NCBI RefSeq assembly: GCF_000485595.1
Contig: NW_014577088.1
Span: 636,071 to 683,232, forward strand
Direction of reading: 5' to 3'
DNA: 47,162 nucleotides
From: Priapulus caudatus
Taxonomy: Eukaryota
Positions 35,318 to 47,162 of this stretch are shown here, in pieces. Below the pieces are notes generated by a model, which was given only the letters and a program-made list of their open reading frames with translations, was not told the DNA's origin and ran no database searches. A program made the position numbers and the translations under genes. Positions within the stretch are counted from its first letter, which is position 1. Each line of letters starts with the position of its first letter.

Positions 35318-38300
35318 TCCATCCATCCATCCATCCATCCGTCCGTCCATCCATCCATCCATCCGTCCGTCCGTCCGTGCGTCCGTCCGTGCGTCCGTCC
35401 GTGCGTCTGTCCGTGCGTCCGTCCGTGCTTCCGTCCGTGCGTCCGTGCGTCCGTCCGTGCGTCCGTCAGTCCGTCTATCCATCCATCCATCCATCCATCC
35501 ATCCATCCATCCATCCATCCATCCATCCATCCATCCATCGGACGAGAGAGATGAGACTGAGAGACGGAGAGAGAGAGAGAGATGAGACGAGAGAGAGACG
35601 ACGAGAGAGAGAGGAATGGATGGGAGAGGAGAGATGAGAGAGATACCATCGAGAGGAGACGATGGAGATGGACGAGGGGAGAGGGAGCAGTGAGGAAGAT
35701 GACAGAGATGAGAGAGGAAGGAGAGAGTGAGGAGAAGGAGAGGAGACTGAGGTGAGGGCGATCGCGACCGGGAGGCAAGAAGCATGAGACTCGATTCGCC
35801 TTGAAGGAGGACGGACGACGAGAGAGCGGAAGACGGGAGGGGCGGAGAGGGACGAACGGAGGAGACAGCGAGAGGCGGAGGAGATGGGCCGAGGGCGAGT
35901 GGGAGAGCTCGGAGGGGGTGGAGACCAGTTGGAGAGGGAGCGGAGGGCAAGACGAGGCCGATAGGGGGGAGAGGAAGATCGGGGAGAGAGGGACGTACGG
36001 GAGAGAGAGAGAAGACGAGAGGAGAGACAGAGAGGAGGAGAAAATGAAGATAGGATACGATAAATACGATAGATAATAAGAATAGATAGCCATAGCATAG
36101 ATAGCATAGACTAGATAAATAACATCAGATAGTATAGATAGATAGATATAGATAGATAGATAGAATAGATAGATTAGATAGATATATAAGATAGAGAGAA
36201 GAAGAGAGAGGACGGACGAGAGACCTCCGAGCGCTCGAGAGAGGGAGAGTGAGAGACTCCAAGAGAGAGAGGGAATGACGGAGATGAGGATTGGAGGGAG
36301 GATGCCGAGAGAGAGACGGGTGAAGAGAGAGGAGGATGAGACCGTCGAGCAGACGAGAGGAAGAGACGAGAGAGGAGAGAGGACCGAGAGGAGAAAAGAC
36401 GAGGACCGGAGAGGACGAGTATCGAGAGAGAGAGAGAGAGAGGAGAGACGAGAGAGAAGGCGGGAATGAGTGAGAGAGAGTAGAAGGGAGTGTGTTGAGA
36501 AGAGAGGGGAGAGAGAAGAAATGATTACGCGAGAAGAGAAGAAGAGACGAGAGAGAGAGACGTGAGAGAGAGAGAGAGATGTTGGAACGGAGAGAAGCAC
36601 GAGCAGATGAGAGAGACGAGAGAGGAATGGGACAAGAGACAGAGGAGAGAGAGAGACGAGAGCGAGAGAGAGAGAAAGCCAGGGGCCGTTCGAGGATTAG
36701 ATAGAGTGGAGGAAAGATAGGCAGATAGAGAGAGAGAGGGAGAGAGAGAGAGCAGAGAGCGAGAGAGAGAGGAGATNNNNNNNNNNNNNNNNNNNNNNNN
36801 NNNNNNNNNNNNNNNNNNNNNNNNNNNNNNNNNNNNNNNNNNNNNNNNNNNNNNNNNNNNNNNNNNNNNNNNNNNNNNNNNNNNNNNNNNNNNNNNNNNN
36901 NNNNNNNNNNNNNNNNNNNNNNNNNNNNNNNNNNNNNNNNNNNNNNNNNNNNNNNNNNNNNNNNNNNNNNNNNNNNNNNNNNNNNNNNNNNNNNNNNNNN
37001 NNNNNNNNNNNNNNNNNNNNNNNNNNNNNNNNNNNNNNNNNNNNNNNNNNNNNNNNNNNNNNNNNNNNNNNNNNNNNNNNNNNNNNNNNNNNNNNNNNNN
37101 NNNNNNNNNNNNNNNNNNNNNNNNNNNNNNNNNNNNNNNNNNNNNNNNNNNNNNNNNNNNNNNNNNNNNNNNNNNNNNNNNNNNNNNNNNNNNNNNNNNN
37201 NNNNNNNNNNNNNNNNNNNNNNNNNNNNNNNNNNNNNNNNNNNNNNNNNNNNNNNNNNNNNNNNNNNNNNNNNNNNNNNNNNNNNNNNNNNNNNNNNNNN
37301 NNNNNNNNNNNNNNNNNNNNNNNNNNNNNNNNNNNNNNNNNNNNNNNNNNNNNNNNNNNNNNNNNNNNNNNNNNNNNNNNNNNNNNNNNNNNNNNNNNNN
37401 NNNNNNNNNNNNNNNNNNNNNNNNNNNNNNNNNNNNNNNNNNNNNNNNNNNNNNNNNNNNNNNNNNNNNNNNNNNNNNNNNNNNNNNNNNNNNNNNNNNN
37501 NNNNNNNNNNNNNNNNNNNNNNNNNNNNNNNNNNNNNNNNNNNNNNNNNNNNNNNNNNNNNNNNNNNNNNNNNNNNNNNNNNNNNNNNNNNNNNNNNNNN
37601 NNNNNNNNNNNNNNNNNNNNNNNNNNNNNNNNNNNNNNNNNNNNNNNNNNNNNNNNNNNNNNNNNNNNNNNNNNNNNNNNNNNNNNNNNNNNNNNNNNNN
37701 NNNNNNNNNNNNNNTCCAACTCATCATCATCCATCATCATCCATTCCATCCTCCATCTATACCATACTCATCCATCCATTCCATCCAATCCATCCATTCC
37801 CATCCATCCCATCATCCATTCCATCCATCTCATCCATCCATCCATCCATCCATCCATTCCATCCATCTCATCCATCCATCCATCATCCATCATCCATCCC
37901 ATCAGCCATCCATCACATCCATCATCCATCCATCATCATCCATCATCCACTCCATATCTCCATCCACCATCTCATCCACATCCAATCCATCCATTTCATC
38001 CATCCAATCCAATCCATCCAATCCATCATCATCATCATCATTCCAATCACCATCCATCCATCCATCCATACCATTCCATCCATCCATCCATCCATCCATC
38101 CTATCCATCACATCCATTCCTTTCCTATCCATTCCATCCATCCACTCCATCCATCATCCCATCCGATCCATCCATCATCCATCCATCCATCCATCCATCC
38201 ATCCATCCTATCCACCATCCATCCATCCATCCATCCATCCACCTTCCATCCATCACCATCCATCCATCCATCATTCCTCCATCCATCCATCTATATCCAT

Positions 38301-38400
38301 TCTATCCATGCCAAATCATCCATCCATCCATCCATCAATCCATCCAATCCATCCATCCATTACATCCTATTCCAATCCATCCCATCCATCCATCCAATTC
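35318..38400. repeat. Compound simple-repeat block: (CCAT)n/(CCGT)n, degenerate (GA)n/(GATA)n, N gap 36777-37714, degenerate (CCAT)n
   Basis: Seen directly. Confidence 0.95.
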
Positions 38401-41400
38401 CATTATGTTATCTTTGCTTGTTATTACTGCTATTCTCTGTTTAACGGGCCGCTATCAAGGTGTTAGTACAACAGTAACGGCCGTTCATAGTGACAGCACG
38501 CCTGAATAAGCCACATGAACAGAATTATTTCAAACCATACAGTAAGGAGAGTTAGTTCGGTACATACGACTACAACTTTATTCACCTAAATGGACCACAG
38601 ATCTCTCACAGATCATTGCGTGGCATAATGCACATATTACGTGCCACTCTGTTTAGCGAATTTCTACACGCAAATAACAACATCAAACTTCAAAAAGGCA
38701 ATTTTCCAGAGACCGAAATAAGCGCCAACAATTGATGAGACAAATCGCCGGCAGGCAGCTCTAACTCGTCTGTGTGATCCCGACTCCCTCTTGATCTGCT
38801 TATTTGGCTTGACTCTAACACTGCATACGTGTACCGCCTGCACCGCCTCCCTCGCTGTCCAATGTTTTCCTCCGCCTCATAGATTATACTCCGCGCGCTA
38901 CCGCTTCTACCTTCCACTTACCCGCTTCTCAGATCCGGTGTTGTTCATCGCGCCCAGTCTGCAATAAGACACGTTTTGCCCTGACCCCTCGGCCCATTCT
39001 CCACGCCTTTATTCCGCTGCGCCGTGCCATTCATCCGTGACACAGCGTTATTGCCGTCTTTCGTCCGGCACCACACACCACGCGTATCTATACTTATGTT
39101 GCTACTACTCCTAGCCTACCCTGTACGCACGTTCTTAGAGCTCACGTACACTTCCATATGGGCACCAGTCCTGCGCGACGCCGCGCGCGCTATGATTTTA
39201 TCACATCGGGCCTGTCGATTCTTAATGATTTAAACCTTTCCACCCGCGAGGTAAGAAGCATAGGACTTGCGGAAAAGTCATAGGTGCCATGTACAGTTTC
39301 AGTTATCATAGTGGACGCAGTACCGCTTCAATCATTTCGTACAGTACCTCCTCCCGGTATTTCTTAGTGACGTGGTAGTTTACCTTCGTCTGGCTAAAAC
39401 AACCCACCTTCCTATCTGACGACACGTTTCTACTGACACCAGTGTTCAAGATAACTACCTTCTAATTCCGCCTGCAACCGCCTGGTAATAGAAACCCCCG
39501 ATCTCGCCGCGTGCTCCTTCCAATTTCTACAGGACGATGAGCTGTAGCACCACTACCGGTAGCTGGCACGTAAGGAGAATACCCGGTCACGTCTGGAAAT
39601 AGAGCAAAGCGGGGTTGCGTCCTCAATTGCGTACCGAACATTTTTTCGTCCTCCATTCTACGCAGCCTGCAGCCCACAACAATACGGTCGGCCTGCATGC
39701 CTGAATGTACGGATGGATGAATTTTCTCTGACAGGATCCTAAGGCGAAATTCCACCGGTCCTATTCTCAGCGACGAACGCTCCCTACATATTCACAACGC
39801 TCCATTCATTCGGGCAAGTTCACGCGGTCGCAACACTTTCCCGAACAATCGTTGCCCACTCGCACCAACTAGACTACACTAACTGGCGGATTGCCCCATC
39901 AGCGTTCAGTTCGCGCCGCGAAATTCACCCGCCAATTTTCAAAAATTGTTAGCAAAGAATTTCCGAAGCGCGTGACATATTTCTGCACTGAATTCCGCAA
40001 CTGACGCGCATCCACGGTAGACGAGCTCGCCGACCTTTTCTATCAGCAGCACATAGAACAAGATGAGAGATCGCAAGGCGAGCCGGAGTCCTGTAGCTAC
40101 TATGCTCTGTCGCACCGCCGCCAGCGTGGCGTAAGTCAGTCTGTGAGTCGCACCGACAACCATCAAATCTCACTTATAAGGAATCTACGCTAACTGCATA
40201 TTGCCATGTATTTGCCTATAACTGTTTCAAGTCCCATACACGCTTAAGTAGTCTCTTTCGCGAACGCTAAACATTCTCACTAAACATTTCTTTTTGCTAA
40301 GAATGACTTGACGGGCTGGTGCTGACTTTGCACCTGACTTGATTTGAATTTGACGCAATTGAATGAACGACATAACAGTATGGACATGAAGCCATACTAA
40401 TTTTTAATCCCCATGTGCGTGACAAAACTACTATATTCGTGTCTTCCCATTTTCCTCCACACGTGATATACGTACTGCTTCGACGTGCTGTTGCGTGTCT
40501 CGGATGTGTGCGATTCGTACGTGCGTAGCGATGATGCTCGCCACAGTCGCGCCGCTGCGATAAACTATATGTGCCTGAGCGTCAAACTAGGAAATTAGTG
40601 TTCAGCCCAATCCTAACATTCCTTCTTTAACAGCTGGATACTCAATCAACACGTACTTCATAATATAGCCGCTATTAAATTACTGTAACACACCAATTGA
40701 CACTAGCTTCATGAACAACTATATGTAAGCCGATATGCACAAAAAGCGCCTTTATTTGTATTAGATATCCCTTCACCTGCCTTTCGCCGCAGCACAATTT
40801 CATTTCATCGTCTCTGTGTTGTGTATACCCCCCAGGTAATACCAGTGACCTCGCTTACCAGGTCAGTCCGCTTACACCGCCCGTACCGCCAAAGAAAAGC
40901 TTATACGTAATAAAGATTGAAAATCTGCATAATCCTGCATCTGAGATCTAAATGGTAAAAGGGCTGCCTATTACCGCCCCTCTAGCTTATTTGCTTCGAT
41001 GACATTCTAAATCGACAATATTGGTGCCTCAATAATATCCTGATCTCACGTATGTGCTCTAAAAGGCAGAGAGAGAGATGTAGATCGAGAGAGCACTTCT
41101 TAAATAGAGAGAGCAGCACATATCGAGAGCACGAGAGTAGAGATAGCCAGACGACGAGGCGAGAGAGGGGACGGAGCAGGAAAGAACCGACGAGCCGCCG
41201 TGAGAGTGTTATGTGTGTGTGAGACAGCCGAGCGCGAGCATAGGGTCGATGGGAAAGTGGTGGGAGCATTCGTGATATGATGTTTTGTATTAAAATACAG
41301 CTCACCGCCGGTAGCATGGCCTAATGCTATAACACCCAACCAAGCCTACATATCATCCTCGTGCTTTGCCTTAAGGAGCGCGCAATCACTCCGCGCGTAT

Positions 41401-42225
41401 ATTGAAAACATTTCGTTTGAAACATGCAAATTGCCACATTATCGCTCGCACGTAATTGGGGGGGGGGGCCGTCACCACGCATAGTACTCGAATCCCATAA
41501 CCGTGTAACACCGCTTTACGGAACCTCTCCTGCGTATCATCGCAGAATAACCCGCGGCGCGGGTCAGCACAATTTCCAGTCGTGCTAACTTTACCACCCC
41601 TCTTATACAACCTCGCGTTATACTTTACACTATTCGTTAGTACCTTTTGCACTAATCAGGGTGGATCTCCTTATCGCGAACCATACGCGCACACGATCCA
41701 TGATGATCGATAGATCCCCGACACATCCGTCAATAACTAGAGTTAGAGCTGGGTAAGCACTGGGGGCCATGCCAAGGTGGCAATCGCCGCTCACGCTGTG
41801 CCAGACAAGACAACCTTGTTGTTATGGCAACGATGGCGCGTTATATTACTTTAATGGCTAACTCATTCTCGCCTGACCCTTCTGACATTCAGTGATGGCT
41901 CGCCATGAGGTTCGTTTTAATCGTTACGAGTTCGTTTGTGTGCTGCGGGGCGTGCGTAGTCGTGTGGTTTTTTTTCCCACAGGGTGCGGGGCGCGCCGCG
42001 TATTTGGGCGGGGTTGCGGGCAGGTGGCCGACGTTTGTCTTTGCGGGACTGTGGCGCAGGGGCGTATGCAGCACGTGTCTGGTCGTCTGTGCGTTGCATT
42101 GCGTGCGTGCGCGCGAGCATAACACGCACCAGCTGCTACCTGCCTCGTGTGTAGTAGCGTGGCGTGATGATGTTGTGCACGCGTGCGCAGGGTAACATGC
42201 TGATCGAACGCTTGTGTCTGTGTAT
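38400..42225 (+). repeat. Insertion-rich direct copy of 43250-46445 (likely assembly artefact)
   Basis: Colinear from ttatctttgcttgtt... to ...taacatgc..gaacgcttgtgt; about 3.8 kb vs 3.2 kb, the excess being scattered small insertions; both copies follow a (CCAT)n tract. Confidence 0.92.
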
Positions 42226-42647
42226 CTCAGAGAAAGATAGAGCGCGGGAAGGAAAAGGAGAAAAAGGAGGTTGATAGATTGGTTGGGTCACCTATTTTGT
42301 TGACGTCAACGATCATTCATCGTTAGCAGACACACACACACACGCACACACACAGATCACATTTCGCCTTGGCACGCATCGGAGAGCTATCTGAGCTAAA
42401 CAGTCGAGTGTCGTCGACATTCGTGTCAATATTGCTAATCTCACGATGGCCTCAGAAATGCTATGTACCTAGCCTTTGTGTGTGCGCCTAGCCGAGTCCA
42501 CGTCTCGTCATAATACCGTAACGGGCGTGGGTAAACACGCGACCTGCAGCTCCACTTGCGCGCGCTCCGGTTACACCTGGGGTGGTTTACAGCGGGCGCG
42601 TCCGGAAGACGGGAAAAATTGCGGCGCGCGGCTTGGTATGTGTAAAC

Positions 42648-43099
42648 CACAGACACTTGGGACAGAGTCAGTCAAAACTGAAAATAATATGAACGCACAT
42701 TCACAAATATATGGCCTCTCAATTACACTTCCACTGTTGTGCCACTGTATATCAACTTTCTTTCACAAAAACTAATGCAGAACGCTCCCTCACTCGCCGC
42801 TGCGAGTGTTCTGTGTCGCCATTATAATGAATATATATATATAGAGATTCTCTATATATATTCTCTCTATACTCTCTGTTCTGTCTATTCTCTCTACATT
42901 CGCTCTATATATATTTATTATAATGGCGACACAGCACACTCGCAGCGGCGAGTGCGGGAGCGTTCTGCATTAGTTTTTGTAAAAGAAAGTTGATATAGAG
43001 TGACACAACAGTGGAAGTGTAATTGAGGGGTAGTATATGTGAATGTGCGCGCGTTCATATTATTTTCAGTTTTTACTGACTCTGTCCCAAGTGCCTGTG
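42648..43099. mobile_element. Fold-back MITE with 8-bp TSD (hAT- or P-superfamily)
   Basis: CACAG...CTGTG ends; arms of about 195 bp nearly complementary around a TA/TC spacer; perfect TSD GTGTAAAC at 42640-42647 and 43100-43107. Confidence 0.88.
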
Positions 43100-43116
43100 G
43101 TGTAAACCATAGAAGT

Positions 43117-43213
43117 AATACTAGTTAGACTCTCGTAATACTAGTGAATCGTAATACTAGTGAATAGTATTACTATAGTGAATCGTAATACTAGTGAATC
43201 GTAATACTAGTGA
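43117..43213. repeat. 16-bp tandem repeat GTAATACTAGTGAATC (about 5-6 copies)
   Basis: Seen directly, just after the MITE target-site duplication. Confidence 0.85.
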
Positions 43214-45482
43214 AAATCCATCCATCCATCCATCCATCCATCCATCCATCCATCTTGTTATCTTTGCTTGTTTTACTGCATTCTCTGTTTAACGGGCGTA
43301 TCAGGTGTTGTACAACAGTAACGGGCGTTCATAGGCAGCAGGCCTGAATAAGCAATGAACAGAATTATTTAAACATACGTAGAGAGTTTCGGTACATACC
43401 GACATACACTTTATTCACGCTAAATGACCACAGATTCAAAGTCAATTGCGTGCATAATGCAAATTAGTGCACTCTGTTGCCGAATTCTACCGCAAATAAA
43501 TCAAAAAGGCAATTTCCAGAGACGAAATAAGGCAACAATTGATGAGACAATCGCGGCAGGAGTCTACTGTTGTGTGATCCCGACTCCCCTTGATCTGCTT
43601 TTTGGCTTGATCTACCTGCATACGTGTACGCTGCACCGCCTCCCTCGCTGTCAATGTTTCCTCCGCCTCTGTTATACTCCCGCGCGTACGTTCTACGTTC
43701 CATTACCCGTTCTCAGATCGGTGTTGTGTTATCGCGCAGTTGCAATAAGACGTTTGCTGACCCTGGCCATCCACGCCTTCTCATCCGTGACCCGTGCATT
43801 CATCCGTGACAAGGTTATTGGTCTTCGTCGGCACACACACACGCGTATATATGTCTGCTACTACTTAGCTACCTGTACGCATAGAGCTCACGTACACTTC
43901 CATATGGACCAGTCTGCGCGACGGGGTACTTGATTTTAACACCTGCTGTGATTTTAATGATTTATCCACCGCGAGGAAGAAGATAGGACTGGGAAAAGTA
44001 AGCGTGCCATGTACAGTTTCACGTAATATAGTGACGAGTTCGCTTAATATTTCGTAAGCTATTCCCGTGTTTCTTAGTGACGTGGTAGTTTACGTGTTGG
44101 TGAAACAACCACCTATTATCTGACGACGTATACTGACACAGTGTTAATAATATCTAATTCCGCTGCAAGGTAATAGAACCGATTCGCGCGTGCTCCTTCA
44201 ATTCTACAGACGAGAGCCTGTAGACCACTACCGGTAGGTGGAGATAAGTGAGAATACCGGTCAACGTTGAAATAGGAAGCGGGGTTGCGTTCAATTTGCG
44301 TACGAACATTTTTTCGTCCTCATTAGAGCCTGCAGCCACAACAATAGTCGGCTGATGCTTGATGACGGATGATGAATTTTCTTGACAGGATCTGAAGGCG
44401 AAAATCTCACGTCTATTTCACGCCGCAAGAGCTCCTACATATTCACAACGTCATTCATTCCGGGTTCCAAGTTCACCGGCGCAACATTTCCCGAACATCG
44501 TTGCACTCGCAATAGACTACACTGGCGGATTGCAAAGGTGTTCGCGCCGGAAATTCACCGAAATTTCAAAAATTGTGCGAAGAATTTCGACCGCGTGACA
44601 TTTTCTGCATGAATCCGCACTGACGCCCATCACAGAGACGAGCCCGCGACTATTCTATCAGAGACAATAGACAAGATGAGAGATCGAAGGAGCCCGAGGG
44701 TAGTCGTACTTGGTGACCGGCAGGTGGGTAAGTCAGGTAAGTGACCGAAACATAAATTACATAGCATCTAGCTATGCTATTGCCATGTATTTGCCTATAA
44801 TGTTTAAGTCCTACACGTTAAGTAGTTTTTCGCGAACGTAAACATTTCATAAACATTTTTAAATCGTGCAAGAATGATTGACTGGCTGGCTGACTTGCTG
44901 ACTGATTGAATTGACGAATTGAATGAACGAATAAATGAATGAACGCATTAAATTTAATCACCATGTGGTGACAAAATAATATATTGTGTTTCCCATTTCT
45001 CACACGTATATACGTATGCGTGCGTGCGTGCGTGTGTGTGTGCGTGTGTGCGTGCGTGAGTGCGTGCGTGCGATAAATATATTGTGCTGAGGTCAAACTA
45101 GGAAATTGTGTCAGAATCCTAACATTCCTTCTTTAAACAGCTGGATATCAATTCAAAAGTATTTATATAGCCGCTATTAATTATGTAACACACCATTGAC
45201 ATAGCTATGACCTATATGTAGCCGATATGCCAGCTTTATTTTTTAGATATCTCATTTGCGCGGCATTTCTTTCATCGTTCTGTGTTGTGTATACAGGAGT
45301 ACAGTGTGTACCAGGTCAGTCCGCTACACCGCGTACCGCCAGAAGCTTATACGTAAATAAAGATGAAAAATCTGTAATTGCATTGGACTTGGTAAAAGGG
45401 CTGCTATTCCGCTCTAGTTATTGCTGATGACATTTAAATCGAAATATGGTGCCATCCAATATATCCTGATCTCGTATGTGTT

Positions 45483-45528
<46 letters not shown>

Positions 45529-46289
45529 CGAGAAGAAGGGAGAGAGGGGGAGAGAGAAAGAACGAGAGGGTGAGAGTGTGTGTGTGTGTGAGACAGCGAG
45601 CGAGATGGGTGAGGGAAAGTGGGGGAGATTGGTGTATGATGTTTGTATTAAATACAGCAGCAGTAGCATGGCTAATGCTATAACACCAACAAGCAATATC
45701 ATCTCGTGTTTGCCTAAGGAGCGCGCAATCACTCCGGCGTATATGAAAACATTCGTTTGAAACCAGCAAATGCACTTATCGCTCGCACGTAATGCCGTCA
45801 CGATAGACTGAAATCTATACCGTATAAACGTTTACGACGCGTCTGCGCCTATCATCGAGAATTAACCCCGTCATGGCTGCCGCAGTCACAATTTCCAGTC
45901 GTCGCTAACTTTACCACCCTCGGTATAAACGCGCGTAACTTTACACATAGTTAGCACTTTTGCATAATCAGGGATCCTATCGCGAACATAACCGCGACAC
46001 GGTCCATGAATGATAGATGACACATCGTCAATAATAGAGTAGAGTGGTAGCGCTGGGGATGAGGGGAAGCGCTCACGCTGTGCAGACAAGACACCTGTTG
46101 TTAATGGAACGAGCGCGTTATATATTTAATGCTAACTCATTACTCGCCGACGCCTCTTGACATTCAGTGATGCTCGCCAGAGGTCGTTTTAATCGTTACG
46201 GTCCGTTTGTGTGCGCGCGTGCGTGTGCGTGTGTCAGTGCGTGCGTGCGTGCGGGCAGGTGGCCGACCATGTCTTTGCGGGTGGGCGCA

Positions 46290-47162
46290 GGGGCGTATAC
46301 ACGCGTGTCTGTGTGCGCGGTGCGTCAGCGGCGCGGGTAACCACGACACTCAGCGACTCGCTGCCTGTGTGTAGTGCGTGCGTGCATGCTCATGCGTGCA
46401 CGCGTGCGGGTTAACATGCGTGAACGCTTGTGTTGGTGTGTAAACTGCGTGCATTGCGTGTGTGCGTGCGGTAACATCGGCGTGCGTATCATAGCGTTGC
46501 ATCGCGTGCCTGGGTAACGACATGCATGAACGCATTGTGTCTGGCTGTACCGTACGTGAATGCGTGCGGCAGTGCGAAGAACATGGCGTGCGAGTGCATG
46601 GCGTGCACTAACAGACGTGCGGCGTAACATGCATGAAACACTTGCGTCTGTGTGTACCTGCGTCAGCCATGCGTGCACAGCGTGCCGGTACAGTAGCATG
46701 GACCGCTACGACTCATCTGGCCTGTGTGTACCCTGCGTGGCAAATGCTGTGCACGGGCGTAGCGGTAACATGCATGACGCTCTCTGCCTAGTGTGTTACG
46801 TGCGTGCATGCGTGTGGCGTGCGGGTAACATGCTGGACGCTGTGTCTGTGTGTACGTGCGTGCAATATGCTGCACGGTCGGTGGCGGGTAACATGGCATG
46901 GACGCGCACTGCCTGGTGTGTACCTGCGTGCATGCCGTGCACGGAGAGCGTGCGGGGTATACATTGCATGAACTGCTCGCTAGCCTGTGTGTACGTGCGT
47001 GATGCGTGCACGCGTGCGGGTAACATGCATGTGGACGCTGCGCTTGCCCTGTGTGTTACGTGCGTAGCATGGCGTGCCACGGGCGTGCGGTAGACCATGC
47101 ATGCGACGCTCTACGGATGCCTAGCCTGTGTTGTACGTGGCGTGGCTAATAGCGTGCACAAG
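46290..47162. repeat. Degenerate ~60-65-bp satellite (GCGTGCGGGTAACATGCATGAACGC...TGTGTACCTGCGTGCATG) running off the window
   Basis: TAACAT core recurs at about 46412, 46472, 46626, 46766, 46826, 46889 and 47021. Confidence 0.75.

Noticed and set aside
35246..37749. Long ORFs of 234-441 aa (Ser/Leu-rich, MDGW repeats, poly-X)
   Set aside because: Derived from GA and CCAT simple repeats and from N gaps.
43424..43933. 169-aa ORF in the duplicated upstream block
   Set aside because: No recognisable motif or splice structure, and the region is error-prone.

Overview
Eukaryotic (invertebrate-type animal) genomic DNA from a draft, error-prone assembly; no prokaryotic features. The window holds one recognisable protein-coding gene, an F-spondin (spondin-1) orthologue on the minus strand. 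I reconstructed ten exons from splice sites and phase continuity. They run from ATG 33812 (signal peptide) through the Reeler and Spondin_N domains to three thrombospondin type-1 repeats; the last exon found ends at 9239 and the 3' end of the gene was not found. Bases 1-7111 are an indel-riddled inverted copy of about 10925-19024 (exons 2-7), exon 6 occurs three times, and 38400-42225 is an insertion-rich direct copy of 43250-46445. The error pattern and the joins at microsatellites and N gaps point to long-read gap-filling artefacts rather than real duplications. The introns and flanks hold several non-autonomous DNA transposons with identifiable ends: three Mutator-like MITEs carrying internal (TTAGGG)n arrays (two nested, each with a perfect 9-bp target-site duplication), an 8-bp-TSD fold-back MITE, a Harbinger-type MITE and a Helentron/DINE-like element. 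Micro- and minisatellites are abundant. Nearly all ORFs in the supplied track are repeat-derived noise. I found no convincing novel coding system; the TTAGGG-carrying nested MITEs are the most unusual real-looking structure.
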